In this document: positions 27,826-37,672 of the stretch, piece after piece | Layout: each line of letters begins with the position of its first letter | Numbering within the stretch: position 1 is the first letter of the stretch | Source: a virus | Lineage: Duplodnaviria > Caudoviricetes | IMG/VR virus record: IMGVR_UViG_3300008107_000043 | Coordinates: 14,521 to 78,520 of that record | DNA: 64,000 bases | Strand: one strand, 5' to 3' | Program-made: the position numbers and the translations under genes | Notes under the pieces: model-generated | What the model was told of the DNA's origin: nothing | Seen by the model: only the letters and a program-made list of their open reading frames with translations | Databases searched by the model: none

Positions 27826-29035
27826 ACCCAATCAGTTTTTATCTCCGGAAGGTGATTTGGAAGATTATTTTGTAGATGAATATTGGTTAATTGACCAGTA
27901 TGTTGGTGATACTTTATGGGTTTGGGGTGGAAATAATTCAAATCAATCGGGATCATTGGGAGACAATACATCAGTCTCTAGATCTACTCCAGTTACTACA
28001 ATTGCGGGAGGAGCAAACTGGAAATCTGTTGCTGTTGGATATGGACATAAGTTTGGAATTAAAACTGATGGAACTTTGTGGGGTTGGGGGGCAGATTATG
28101 ATGCTATGTTGGGGACCAATGCCAGTAATTTGCTTGCAAGATCTACTCCAGTCACCACATTTGCAGGAGGAACCGACTGGAAACAAGTTTCTTGTGGTTA
28201 TTATTTTTCTGCAGCGATTAAAACTGATGGAACTCTATGGACTTGGGGAGCTAATACCGCTGGACAACTTGGAATTAATAGTACAATTAAGAAATGTACT
28301 CCAGTCACCACATTCGCAGGAGGAAACAACTGGAAACAACTTTCTTGTGGATATGCAAGAATAGCAGCAATCAAGACTGATGGAACTTTGTGGACTTGGG
28401 GAGTTGGTAATAGTGGAGAGATGGGAAGTAATACTGCAATAGATAGATCCACTCCAGTTACTACATTCGCGGGAGGAACCAACTGGAAACAAGTTGCTTG
28501 TGGAACTTATCATACTGCAGCAATCAAGACTGATGGAACTCTATGGACTTGGGGAAGTAATTTTGCATCACTAGGAGACAATACGGTAATCAATAGATCC
28601 ACTCCAGTCACTACATTCGCAGGAGGAACCAACTGGAAACAAGTTGCTTGTGGGTTTAGTTATACTGCAGCAATAAAAACTGATGGAACTCTATGGGGTT
28701 GGGGAAATAATAGTAATGGTCAACTAGGAGACAATACTTCAACCAGTAGATCCACTCCTGTCACCACATTTGTAGGAGGGACCAACTGGAAACAAGTTGC
28801 TGCTTCCAATAGCAGTTATCATACGGCAGCAATAAAAACTGATGGAACTCTATGGGCTTGGGGTGATAATGGATTTAGTGGTTCTGGTGGGATGATAGGA
28901 GACAACACAATATCCTCTAGACTCACTCCAGTTACAACATTTGCAGGAGGATCAAACTGGAAACAAGTTTTTGTGGGAAGGTCTCAAACTGCAGCAGTCA
29001 CATCAGGTACTGATCCCACCTACTTCATCTCATAA
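27818..29035 (+). CDS. RCC1/BLIP-II repeat beta-propeller protein 1 (7 repeats)
   Basis: Seven units of LW.WG...LG.N...STPVTTFAGGTNWKQV.CG..HTAAIKTDGT. Confidence 0.88.
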   Translation: MSRPNQFLSPEGDLEDYFVDEYWLIDQYVGDTLWVWGGNNSNQSGSLGDNTSVSRSTPVTTIAGGANWKSVAVGYGHKFGIKTDGTLWGWGADYDAMLGTNASNLLARSTPVTTFAGGTDWKQVSCGYYFSAAIKTDGTLWTWGANTAGQLGINSTIKKCTPVTTFAGGNNWKQLSCGYARIAAIKTDGTLWTWGVGNSGEMGSNTAIDRSTPVTTFAGGTNWKQVACGTYHTAAIKTDGTLWTWGSNFASLGDNTVINRSTPVTTFAGGTNWKQVACGFSYTAAIKTDGTLWGWGNNSNGQLGDNTSTSRSTPVTTFVGGTNWKQVAASNSSYHTAAIKTDGTLWAWGDNGFSGSGGMIGDNTISSRLTPVTTFAGGSNWKQVFVGRSQTAAVTSGTDPTYFIS

Positions 29036-29052
29036 ATAATTAAAAAAGTCAT

Positions 29053-29715
29053 ATGTACGCACTAGTTAATGGTCAAGAATTACTTTTAGGACCAATCACA
29101 TTCAACTACAGAATGATTAATTCAGTTCTTGAAGATGAACTTGAAGTAGATTATAGGGTGACTTCACAAGACTATCAATCAGTTCCTATTATTTTTAATG
29201 AAGAGATTAAAATTCTTCCAGCAAGAAATGAGATTCCAGAGTTTGATCCAAGATTTCAAACAGTATCCCAAACAAGTCATACAATTGCAGATGATGAAGT
29301 AGTCTTTGTTTATACTGTTTCCGATAAACCACTTGAGCAAATTAAAGACGAATACAAAGCAGGTGTAAAACCAGAAAGACAAAGAAGAGAAAGTACTAGG
29401 GTTGAAGTTACTATTAATAATTCTACAATTACAGTAGCAACAGACAGAGAAAATCGTTTAGCACTTACTTCAAAGTACATTGCAGGACCTGGACCTCATA
29501 ACTTTAAGTTTGATAATGGAACTTGGTTAGAAATCACCACAGAAGATTTGCAAACCATTATTCAAGCAGTGGATTCAAAAGTTCAAGAAGCATATGATTG
29601 GGAACTTGCAAAACTTCAAGAGATTGATGCTTGTGAGACTAAAGAATCTGTTTATGAAGTAGAGATTGTTCCACCTGTAGAAATGCCTGGAGTAGTTCAA
29701 AATGCCCAATCCTAA
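29053..29715 (+). CDS. Tail-fibre assembly chaperone-like protein (DUF4376-like C-terminus)
   Basis: ATDRENR...NFKFDNGTWLEITTEDLQTIIQAVDSKVQEAYDWE...IDAC pattern; located in fibre operon. Confidence 0.6.
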   Translation: MYALVNGQELLLGPITFNYRMINSVLEDELEVDYRVTSQDYQSVPIIFNEEIKILPARNEIPEFDPRFQTVSQTSHTIADDEVVFVYTVSDKPLEQIKDEYKAGVKPERQRRESTRVEVTINNSTITVATDRENRLALTSKYIAGPGPHNFKFDNGTWLEITTEDLQTIIQAVDSKVQEAYDWELAKLQEIDACETKESVYEVEIVPPVEMPGVVQNAQS

Positions 29716-30964
29716 TACCAACTTTAAAGATTCTTTTGGTACTGATTTAGGCAATAAACTCATTACCAAAGAATACTTAATGACTGTGTATCCACAGATT
29801 GCAAATCAGTTGATTACTCCAGAACTTTGGGTTTGGGGATATAGTGGTTTTGGACAATTAGGAAACAATAATTCATTAGTAAATATATCTACACCAATCA
29901 CAACAATAGCAGGAGGAGCAAACTGGAAACAAGTTTCTTGTGGATATCGGCATACGGCAGCAATCAAAACTGATGGAACTTTGTGGACTTGGGGATTTTC
30001 CAATAGTAATAATAAAGGTTCTGTAGTTGTTGTAGGAACACTTGGTATAAATGACACAACTACATTTATTAGATCCACTCCAGTTACTACATTTGCAGGA
30101 GGAACCAACTGGAAACAAGTTTCTTGTGGAGGTAATTTTACAGCAGCAATCAAAACTGATGGAACCTTATGGACTTGGGGAAATAATAGTAATGGACAAC
30201 TAGGAGACAATACAGGAACCAATAGACTTACTCCAGTCACAACATTTGCAGGTGGAACCAACTGGAAACAAGTTGCTGGGGGGGGATACAGTACAGCAGC
30301 AATCAAGACTGATGGAACACTATGGACTTGGGGATATGGTGCATTTGGGCAACTAGGAGACAATACAACTACATTTATTAAATCCACTCCAGTCACAACA
30401 TTCGCAGGAGGAACCAACTGGAAACAAGTTTCTTGTGGACAATATCATACAGCAGCAATCAAAACTGATGGAACTTTGTGGGGTTGGGGTGAGCCTGGTG
30501 GAGGGAGACTTGGAGATAATACAAATCTAACAAGTAAACTTACTCCAGTCACAACATTTGCAGGAGGAACTAACTGGAAACAAGTTTCTGGTGGAAATAA
30601 TCATACCGCAGCAATCAAGACTGATGGAACCTTATGGACTTGGGGTAGTAATACTTCAGCAGGAGTACTTGGGATTAATAGTTCAAATGCCGCTCTTAAT
30701 ATATCTACTCCTGTTACTACATTCGCAGGAGGAACCAACTGGAAACAAGTTGCTTGTGTATCCGGTACTATAAATGCAATCAAAACTGATGGAACTTTAT
30801 GGATTTGGGGATCTAATAATCTTGGACAACTAGGAGATAATACAATAATCTCCAGATCCACTCCAGTCACAACATTCGCTGGAGGGACCAATTGGAAACA
30901 AGTTTCTGCTGGACCTAATTATACTGCAGCAATCAAAACTTCAGATGATTTGCAAGGTATCTAA
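29702..30964 (+). CDS. RCC1/BLIP-II repeat beta-propeller protein 2 (7 repeats)
   Basis: Same repeat framework as 27818..29035 with a different N-terminal leader. Confidence 0.88.
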   Translation: MPNPNTNFKDSFGTDLGNKLITKEYLMTVYPQIANQLITPELWVWGYSGFGQLGNNNSLVNISTPITTIAGGANWKQVSCGYRHTAAIKTDGTLWTWGFSNSNNKGSVVVVGTLGINDTTTFIRSTPVTTFAGGTNWKQVSCGGNFTAAIKTDGTLWTWGNNSNGQLGDNTGTNRLTPVTTFAGGTNWKQVAGGGYSTAAIKTDGTLWTWGYGAFGQLGDNTTTFIKSTPVTTFAGGTNWKQVSCGQYHTAAIKTDGTLWGWGEPGGGRLGDNTNLTSKLTPVTTFAGGTNWKQVSGGNNHTAAIKTDGTLWTWGSNTSAGVLGINSSNAALNISTPVTTFAGGTNWKQVACVSGTINAIKTDGTLWIWGSNNLGQLGDNTIISRSTPVTTFAGGTNWKQVSAGPNYTAAIKTSDDLQGI

Positions 30965-30989
30965 ATACCTTCAAATACATTATTCTTAT

Positions 30990-32354
30990 ATGAACCCCCT
31001 TGAGTTAGTTGCAAAAACATTATATTCCTTTCAAGAACATCAACTTACATTTGAACTTCTAGATGCTTTTGGAAAAAGAGCACAAGTATTCTCACAATAT
31101 GATGAGATTGCAAAGTGCTTTTTTGAACTTAAGAACTTCTCCAAAGCAATTGAGTATGGAGAAAAAGGTCTTAAATTAGCACAAACAAAAGAAGAAAAAT
31201 ATACAACAGCAAAGAACCTGATTAATGCCTATAATCAGTCTAATATTCCAGAGAAATCAATTACTCAGATTGAAAAACTAAAGAAACAAAATCCTCAAGA
31301 TACTGAACTTCTTCTTGAGGAAACTTTTGCTTATTCTGCAATTAATCAAAAAGAAAAATCAGAAAAACTTTTATTCAATCTTCTTCAAAAGAAACTACCA
31401 GAAGAAATTGAAAGAAAAGCATATCACAACTTATCGGGACATTATTTTAGGAAGGATGATATTCGTACAGGACTTCAACATTTTCTCAAAGCAGGAGAAG
31501 TAGAAGCATATAAGAATAGAAAACTTCCTGAATATGAGAAATGGGATGGAACCATTACACCAGGAAGAACAATTATTGTAGATAATGAATGTGGTGCTGG
31601 TGATGAAGTGATTCATATCAGGTTTATGAAGCATCTCAAAGAACTTGGAATGAAACCGATTTGGAGTTCAACCAGAAGAGAACTTGTAGAACTCTTTCAG
31701 CATAATAGGTATGATGCTGTTTGTGTTTATGATAATCCAGAGTTTCCTAAAGATGCCTGCTGGGTTTATGGACTTGCACTTCCCTATTATCTTAATCTAA
31801 CAATAGAAGATTTGGGACAAGAACCTTATCTTCAAACCATTCCAAAGTATGATGAGAAGTGGAAATGGATGCAGGAAGATACTGGATATAAGATTGGAAT
31901 GTTCTGGGCATCTAGCTCTGGATTTGAACAGAACTCATTTAGAAGTGTAGAACTTAAAGACTATATGAATGTGCTGGGAAATAAAGGGTACTCATTATAC
32001 TCACTACAAACTCATAGTGATAATAAGGATGCTGATGAGTATCCAGAAATCAAACAATCACTTTCAGTTCAAGGTAGAGAATTTGCTGATACATTCTCCA
32101 TCATTAAGAACCTTGATATGGTTGTGACTTCTTGTAGTTTTGTAGCACACGTTGCAGCATCATTAGGAAAACAAGTCTGTGTCTTTGTTCCTATTATGGA
32201 ATACTATGTTTGGACAAGTTCAACAGGAAAATCTATGTGGTATGGAGATAATGTTCATTTATTTCGTCAAAAGAAACCAAGAACCTGGGATGCCCCTATT
32301 AAAGAATTTAAAGAGTTTATGAACAGTAAATTGGAGGTAAATTATGTTTCGTGA
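30990..32354 (+). CDS. TPR-repeat protein fused to GT9-like glycosyltransferase domain
   Basis: Helical TPR-like N-half; ECGAGDEVIHIRF and FADTFSIIKNLDMVVTSCSFVAHVAASLGK motifs; ATG 30990 follows late promoter at 30962. Confidence 0.7.
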   Translation: MNPLELVAKTLYSFQEHQLTFELLDAFGKRAQVFSQYDEIAKCFFELKNFSKAIEYGEKGLKLAQTKEEKYTTAKNLINAYNQSNIPEKSITQIEKLKKQNPQDTELLLEETFAYSAINQKEKSEKLLFNLLQKKLPEEIERKAYHNLSGHYFRKDDIRTGLQHFLKAGEVEAYKNRKLPEYEKWDGTITPGRTIIVDNECGAGDEVIHIRFMKHLKELGMKPIWSSTRRELVELFQHNRYDAVCVYDNPEFPKDACWVYGLALPYYLNLTIEDLGQEPYLQTIPKYDEKWKWMQEDTGYKIGMFWASSSGFEQNSFRSVELKDYMNVLGNKGYSLYSLQTHSDNKDADEYPEIKQSLSVQGREFADTFSIIKNLDMVVTSCSFVAHVAASLGKQVCVFVPIMEYYVWTSSTGKSMWYGDNVHLFRQKKPRTWDAPIKEFKEFMNSKLEVNYVS

Positions 32355-32721
32355 ATGTGGAGAATGTAAAGAATGCTGTATTTGGCCCAATGATACTGCT
32401 TTTGGGTGGGAATTTGGTGGGGGGAAAAAATGTAAATTTTTAGATGATGATGGTTGTAGCATTTATAAATTAAGACCAAAATGCTGTAGTCACTATCAAT
32501 GTGTATGGAGTCAAAATTTACTTCCAGAAGAAATGAGACCTGATAAATGTAATTTTTTAGTTAATGCAAGAAATAATGAATATGGATTGTATTTTCAGGT
32601 AGTAGTAATAAATGGTAAGCAAATAAGTGATGATGAAATTTTTTGGTTTAAAGATTGGGCAAAAAAATTAAATATTCCCATATTATTTGAAAATCCTTCT
32701 CTAAAAATGGAGAGTTTATGA
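32344..32721 (+). CDS. YkgJ/CxxCxxCC-family cysteine-cluster protein 1
   Basis: CGECKECC...CKFL...GCSIY..RPKCC..Y.C. Confidence 0.7.
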   Translation: MFRECGECKECCIWPNDTAFGWEFGGGKKCKFLDDDGCSIYKLRPKCCSHYQCVWSQNLLPEEMRPDKCNFLVNARNNEYGLYFQVVVINGKQISDDEIFWFKDWAKKLNIPILFENPSLKMESL

Positions 32722-33180
32722 ATGATAGGGGAGTATGATTTATCTTTTCTGAATCTCAATACTATTAAGAGTAAACTTTTACAGATAGAAACCAATTCTC
32801 ACGGTCTTGTAAGCAAAGGTGTTTCTACTTACAATCACGGAATGCCTACTCTAATGTATCCAGAATTAACTGGATTAAAAAATACAATCAAACAATATGT
32901 GAGATTGTATTGCAATAAGTATGAGATTCCTCCACTCAAGTTTATCAACAGTTGGTTCAATATCTCACAACCAGGAAACAAACTCAAAGCACATAAGCAC
33001 GAAGAAAGTATTGTAAGTGGAGCATTTTATATTTCTGGAAAAACTCCTTTGATATTTCCAGATACATCAATCAATCCTTATCCAGGATTATTAGTCATCT
33101 TCTCAAGTGATTTGGTTCATTATACAGAAGAAGAAACAGAAGAACGAATTATTATTAGTTTTAATACAGATTACCTATGA
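32722..33180 (+). CDS. Putative 2OG-Fe(II) oxygenase
   Basis: SWFN...GN....HKH....SGAFY...GLLVIFSSDLVH......ERIIISFN. Confidence 0.75.
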   Translation: MIGEYDLSFLNLNTIKSKLLQIETNSHGLVSKGVSTYNHGMPTLMYPELTGLKNTIKQYVRLYCNKYEIPPLKFINSWFNISQPGNKLKAHKHEESIVSGAFYISGKTPLIFPDTSINPYPGLLVIFSSDLVHYTEEETEERIIISFNTDYL

Positions 33181-33857
33181 AATTTCATACATTTTATACA
33201 GACAATCTTCCAGAACAACTGATAGAAGACCATAAAAAAGTTTGTAATCATATAGGTATTGAAGTTCAATATCATAGTGAAGAATTTACTGATTATGATA
33301 ATGTTTATACTGCTCACGGAAAGTTTATGACTTCTGTGATGGAACAAGAAGAAGTTGCTTGTTTTCTTGATATTGATTGCCTTCCTCACAACAAAGAACT
33401 TCTGGGGAAAGCATATTCCTGGGCAGTAGATAATCAATCATTTGTGGGTAATGCTCAAAACATTTCTCACACACAAATGAGAAATCATATCTATGCTGCT
33501 GCTTCTTGTTTGATTGTGACAAAAGATGCTTGGAATACATTAGGCAATCCAGACTTTTCTTGGTTTATGCAGAATGGAGTACAGATAGATACTGCACAAC
33601 TTTTAACACTAAGAGCAGACCAAATTGGAATGTCTTATCAGTTAATGTATTCAGTTGGGTATGATGGTCCTGAAGAATATAAACTCTCTGGTTATGGAAT
33701 GTATGGAACAGGAACTTTATATCCAGCAACCTGGCATTATTTTAGAATTAGTAAGTTTAAAGATTCAATTCCAGACCTCTGGACAACTCGTGTAAATAAT
33801 ATATTAGAAGATCAAAAAATCATTCCACATCATTCATCGTGTTTTTATGAACTATAA
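33177..33857 (+). CDS. Putative glycosyltransferase (GT-A, DxD)
   Basis: CFLDIDCLP DxD motif; ATGA coupling to upstream gene within a sugar-modification cluster. Confidence 0.5.
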   Translation: MKFHTFYTDNLPEQLIEDHKKVCNHIGIEVQYHSEEFTDYDNVYTAHGKFMTSVMEQEEVACFLDIDCLPHNKELLGKAYSWAVDNQSFVGNAQNISHTQMRNHIYAAASCLIVTKDAWNTLGNPDFSWFMQNGVQIDTAQLLTLRADQIGMSYQLMYSVGYDGPEEYKLSGYGMYGTGTLYPATWHYFRISKFKDSIPDLWTTRVNNILEDQKIIPHHSSCFYEL

Positions 33858-34614
33858 GTTTTTGTTTTTAGTTGGGTCTGCAATCAATCATTTCAACGAA
33901 GAACATATAAGTGCTTTCAAAGCAGAAGAAAGATTTCAGCAGACATTAGACACCATTCAATCTATTAGAGATAAAGCTCCTGATGCTTATATTTTAATCT
34001 ATGAAGCATCAGAAACTTCAATTAAGGAAGAATACAAAGACATCTTAAGAGAAAAGTCTGATTTGTTTATGGAGTGTGGAAATGACCCATATATGAAATC
34101 TCTTTATGAAAATGTTCATAGAGACCCAGATAAGTTTACATTTGTAAAGTCTATGCTTGAGTGTAGATGTTTAGAACTTGTTCTTCATCATATGATGGAA
34201 CATAATGTCTTTAGTGATGTAACCAGAGTATTCAAGTTAAGTGGTAGATATAAACTGAACGAATACTTTGATATTAATGACTATAAGACTAGATTCTTAA
34301 CAAATAAGTATGTGATGAAGTATTATGATTATGAGGAAAGATTTGAAGATATTGAAAATATTTACTCCACTCTTTATGGGTGCAAAGGAAGTATTGTAAC
34401 TGGGTTGTGGTCATTTGATAGGTTCTTGTTTAATGATATTTTTAGTGTTCTTCAAAGAAGTTTTCAGTATATGGAAAGAGCAATTCAATTAACTGCTGGA
34501 ATTGATATTGAGCATTCTTTCTATCATTTTATTGATAGAGATAAAATTCTAAATGTTCCAATACTTGGATTGGATTTGATTAAGGGTATGGATGGAGATA
34601 GATATTCATTATGA
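33847..34614 (+). CDS. Hypothetical protein, possible glycosyltransferase-like
   Basis: ERFQQTLDTIQSIR...RVFKLSGRY...DIEH motifs; cluster context. Confidence 0.4.
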   Translation: MNYKFLFLVGSAINHFNEEHISAFKAEERFQQTLDTIQSIRDKAPDAYILIYEASETSIKEEYKDILREKSDLFMECGNDPYMKSLYENVHRDPDKFTFVKSMLECRCLELVLHHMMEHNVFSDVTRVFKLSGRYKLNEYFDINDYKTRFLTNKYVMKYYDYEERFEDIENIYSTLYGCKGSIVTGLWSFDRFLFNDIFSVLQRSFQYMERAIQLTAGIDIEHSFYHFIDRDKILNVPILGLDLIKGMDGDRYSL

Positions 34615-35315
34615 AAATCGCAATCTTCTATCATACCTTTCAATCTGGTATGAGTGCTTTTGTCTATCAATCTCAAATTCATAGGTTGTATTGTTCTGGA
34701 CTGATTGATGCTGCTGATTATATTCATATTGGCGTGAATGGTGACCAGGAAATGTTTAATGTTCCAGAAAAAGCAAAAGTTGTTTATAACAGTAACTGGA
34801 AAGAAGAAACAGAAACTCTAATTGCACTCAAGAACTTTGCATATGAAAATCCAGATTATAAGATTTTATATTTTCATATGAAAGGAACAAGTAAAGAAAC
34901 TCTTGTTGCAAATTCTTGGAGATTGATGATGGAATATTTTGTAATTGATAAATGGAAAGAGTGTGTAGAGTATCTAAATGATTATGATTGTGTTGGACAG
35001 ACATTCAAACCACTAGGACCAACAATATGGGGTGATGGATCTATTACTTCTAATGAGGGTATAAGTTGTTATTGCGGAAACTTCTGGTGGGCAAATGCAT
35101 CTTATATTCAAACATTAGACCACAATTATTTGAATACTGATTATCGTTTTGATAGAGAGTTCTGGATAGGAACCAATAAAAATGCAAAAGCAAAATCCTT
35201 TATGGAATATGGACAAGATGATTATGTTGCGGACAATCATCCAATTCCATTAAAGAAAGGTATGAGTGACTATGAACCTTATACTCATTATTTTAAAGAG
35301 GTAGAATACTTATGA
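34611..35315 (+). CDS. Hypothetical protein, possible glycosyltransferase-like
   Basis: ILYFHMKG, WRLMMEYF, GNFWWANASYI, RFDREFWIG motifs; cluster context. Confidence 0.4.
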   Translation: MKIAIFYHTFQSGMSAFVYQSQIHRLYCSGLIDAADYIHIGVNGDQEMFNVPEKAKVVYNSNWKEETETLIALKNFAYENPDYKILYFHMKGTSKETLVANSWRLMMEYFVIDKWKECVEYLNDYDCVGQTFKPLGPTIWGDGSITSNEGISCYCGNFWWANASYIQTLDHNYLNTDYRFDREFWIGTNKNAKAKSFMEYGQDDYVADNHPIPLKKGMSDYEPYTHYFKEVEYL

Positions 35316-35680
35316 GACCTTGTGGAGATTGTACTGCTTGCTGCACTTGGTTAAAAGGAAGTGCTTATGGTTATGAGTTTGGTGGTGGAAAGTCCTGTAA
35401 ATTCTTATGTGAAAGTGGATGTAGTGTTCATAAGGTAAGACCAAAAGTATGCGAGGGGTATTTTTGTGCTTGGTCTCAAGAATTAATATCAGAAGAACTG
35501 AGACCTGATAAATGTGGAGTTCTTGCTTCTGTTGAAAATAATGAGAATGGTCAGTATTTAAGATTGACTTTAATGAGAAAAGAGATAAATACTGATATAT
35601 TAGAATATTTTAAGGAGTGGAGTATCAAGATGAACACTCCAGTTTTGTATCTAAACAATCATATTTGGGAAGTTCTCTAA
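35312..35680 (+). CDS. YkgJ/CxxCxxCC-family cysteine-cluster protein 2
   Basis: CGDCTACC...EFGGGKSCKFL...GCSVH..RPKVC...RPDKC; clear paralogue of 32344..32721. Confidence 0.7.
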   Translation: MRPCGDCTACCTWLKGSAYGYEFGGGKSCKFLCESGCSVHKVRPKVCEGYFCAWSQELISEELRPDKCGVLASVENNENGQYLRLTLMRKEINTDILEYFKEWSIKMNTPVLYLNNHIWEVL

Positions 35681-35681
35681 G

Positions 35682-36872
35682 ATGCCTACTTTTTACAACT
35701 ATACGGAAGGTGGTCAAGTATATTCTTTTGATGATGTTTTTGTGCCTGCTGATGCTTTTAGGCAAGGGAACTTGTGGTCTTGGGGATATAATTATAATGG
35801 ACAGCTGGGAGATAATACAAATCTAACAAGTAAACTTACTCCAGTCACAACATTTGCAGGAGGAACCAACTGGAAACAAGTTGCTGATGGAGGTAGTCAT
35901 ACAGCAGCAATCAAAACTGATGGAACACTATGGACTTGGGGATATAATTATAATGGACGACTAGGAGACAATACAGGCAATACAGGATTCAATAGACGCA
36001 CTCCACTCACCACATTTGCTGGTGGAACCAATTGGAAACAAGTTTCTGCTGGATTTGTTCATACAGCAGCAATCAAGACTGATGGAACCTTATGGACTTG
36101 GGGTCGTGCTGATAGTGGGCAACTAGGAATCAATAACACAAACCAAAGACTCACTCCAGTCACAACATTTGCAGGAGGAACCAACTGGAAACAAGTTTCT
36201 TGTGGTGGATATTTTACAGCAGCAATCAAAACTGATGGAACTTTATGGAATTGGGGACGTAATTATAATGGACAACTAGGAAACAATACAACAACTAATG
36301 GACTTACTCCAATCACCACATTTGCAGGTGGAACCAATTGGAAACAAGTTGCTTGTGGAAATAACCATACATCAGCAATCAAGACTGATGGAACTCTTTG
36401 GACTTGGGGATATAATTATAATGGGCAACTAGGAGACCTTACATCAACCCAAAGAAACACTCCAGTCACCACATTTTTTGGAGGAACCAACTGGAAACAA
36501 GTTTCTTGTGGACAAAATTATGCAGCAGCAATCAAAACTGATGGAACTTTGTGGGGTTGGGGTGCTACTGGTTATGGGCGACTGGGAGCTGGTGAAACCT
36601 TTTTTGATTCAGTATTCATACCAATAGAAACATTTGCAGGAGGAACCAACTGGAAACAAGTTGCTTGTGGTGAATCTCACACTGCAGCAATCAAAACTGA
36701 TGGAACCTTATGGACTTGGGGTGGGAATGGTTATGGAGCACTAGGAAATAATACATCAGGAATCAATAGACTCACTCCAGTCACCACATTTGCAGGAGGA
36801 ACCAACTGGAAACAAGTTTCTTGTGGACAATATCATACAGCAGCAATCACATACATAGATGATTATCAGTAA
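35682..36872 (+). CDS. RCC1/BLIP-II repeat beta-propeller protein 3 (7 repeats)
   Basis: Same repeat framework as the other two. Confidence 0.88.
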   Translation: MPTFYNYTEGGQVYSFDDVFVPADAFRQGNLWSWGYNYNGQLGDNTNLTSKLTPVTTFAGGTNWKQVADGGSHTAAIKTDGTLWTWGYNYNGRLGDNTGNTGFNRRTPLTTFAGGTNWKQVSAGFVHTAAIKTDGTLWTWGRADSGQLGINNTNQRLTPVTTFAGGTNWKQVSCGGYFTAAIKTDGTLWNWGRNYNGQLGNNTTTNGLTPITTFAGGTNWKQVACGNNHTSAIKTDGTLWTWGYNYNGQLGDLTSTQRNTPVTTFFGGTNWKQVSCGQNYAAAIKTDGTLWGWGATGYGRLGAGETFFDSVFIPIETFAGGTNWKQVACGESHTAAIKTDGTLWTWGGNGYGALGNNTSGINRLTPVTTFAGGTNWKQVSCGQYHTAAITYIDDYQ

Positions 36873-36889
36873 AATATTATTCTTTAATT

Positions 36890-37672
36890 ATGAAAACATT
36901 ATTCTTTCTTTCTGGTCTTCCAAGATCAGGTTCTACTTTACTTGGATCAATTCTTTCACAACATCCAAAACTACAAGCAACTCCAACATCACCACTTGCA
37001 GATTTGCTTTGTTGGATTGATGAAGGTTTTTCTAAACTGGATCTTCAATATACTTATGATAAGCAACAAATTCAATACAATACTTATAATTCAATTCTAG
37101 AAAACTTTTATAATCACATAGAGAAACCTTGCATACTTGACAAACATCGTGGTTGGTGCAAGAATGTACCTTCTATTGAAAAGTTTCTACATCAAACTCC
37201 AAAAATCATAGCAACCAACCGTAGAATAAGTGAAGTTCTTGCTTCTTATATTCTACTCATTCAAAGAAATAATGAAGCAGATAATTTTGTAGATGCTCAT
37301 TTAAGAAGAGAAGGAAAACCAATTACAACAGATAATCGTATTGAATGTCTTTGGAAGAATTATGTCTGCGATCCTTATGAAAGTTTGGTTTATGGATTGA
37401 CACATAACAGATCAAATATTCATCTAGTAGATTATAATGATCTTACACAAAAACCAGAAAGAGAATTGAATAAGATCTATGAGTTTCTAGAAATAGAATC
37501 TCATTCACACGATCTTTCCAGCATCTTTAATACTTGTGCCGAAGAAAAAGACCACGAATGGGGTATTGATAATCTTCATCAAATTCGTTCAAAACTTCAA
37601 AGAACTTCACCACCTCCTGAAGAAGTGATTGGTGAAGAAAACACTAAACTTTATGATAAATTTAACATATGA
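36890..37672 (+). CDS. Sulfotransferase family protein
   Basis: FLSGLPRSGSTLLGSILSQHP (PAPS-binding loop); VDYNDL..KP...L..IYEFL. Confidence 0.85.
   Translation: MKTLFFLSGLPRSGSTLLGSILSQHPKLQATPTSPLADLLCWIDEGFSKLDLQYTYDKQQIQYNTYNSILENFYNHIEKPCILDKHRGWCKNVPSIEKFLHQTPKIIATNRRISEVLASYILLIQRNNEADNFVDAHLRREGKPITTDNRIECLWKNYVCDPYESLVYGLTHNRSNIHLVDYNDLTQKPERELNKIYEFLEIESHSHDLSSIFNTCAEEKDHEWGIDNLHQIRSKLQRTSPPPEEVIGEENTKLYDKFNI

Noticed and set aside
27818-36872. CRISPR-like alternation of constant and variable DNA
   Set aside because: Units are about 160 nt, stay in frame and encode RCC1 blades; no cas genes or non-coding array.
27818-36872. Diversity-generating retroelement acting on the RCC1 genes
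   Set aside because: No reverse transcriptase in the window; variation includes indels and is not confined to adenines. An RT elsewhere in the genome cannot be excluded.
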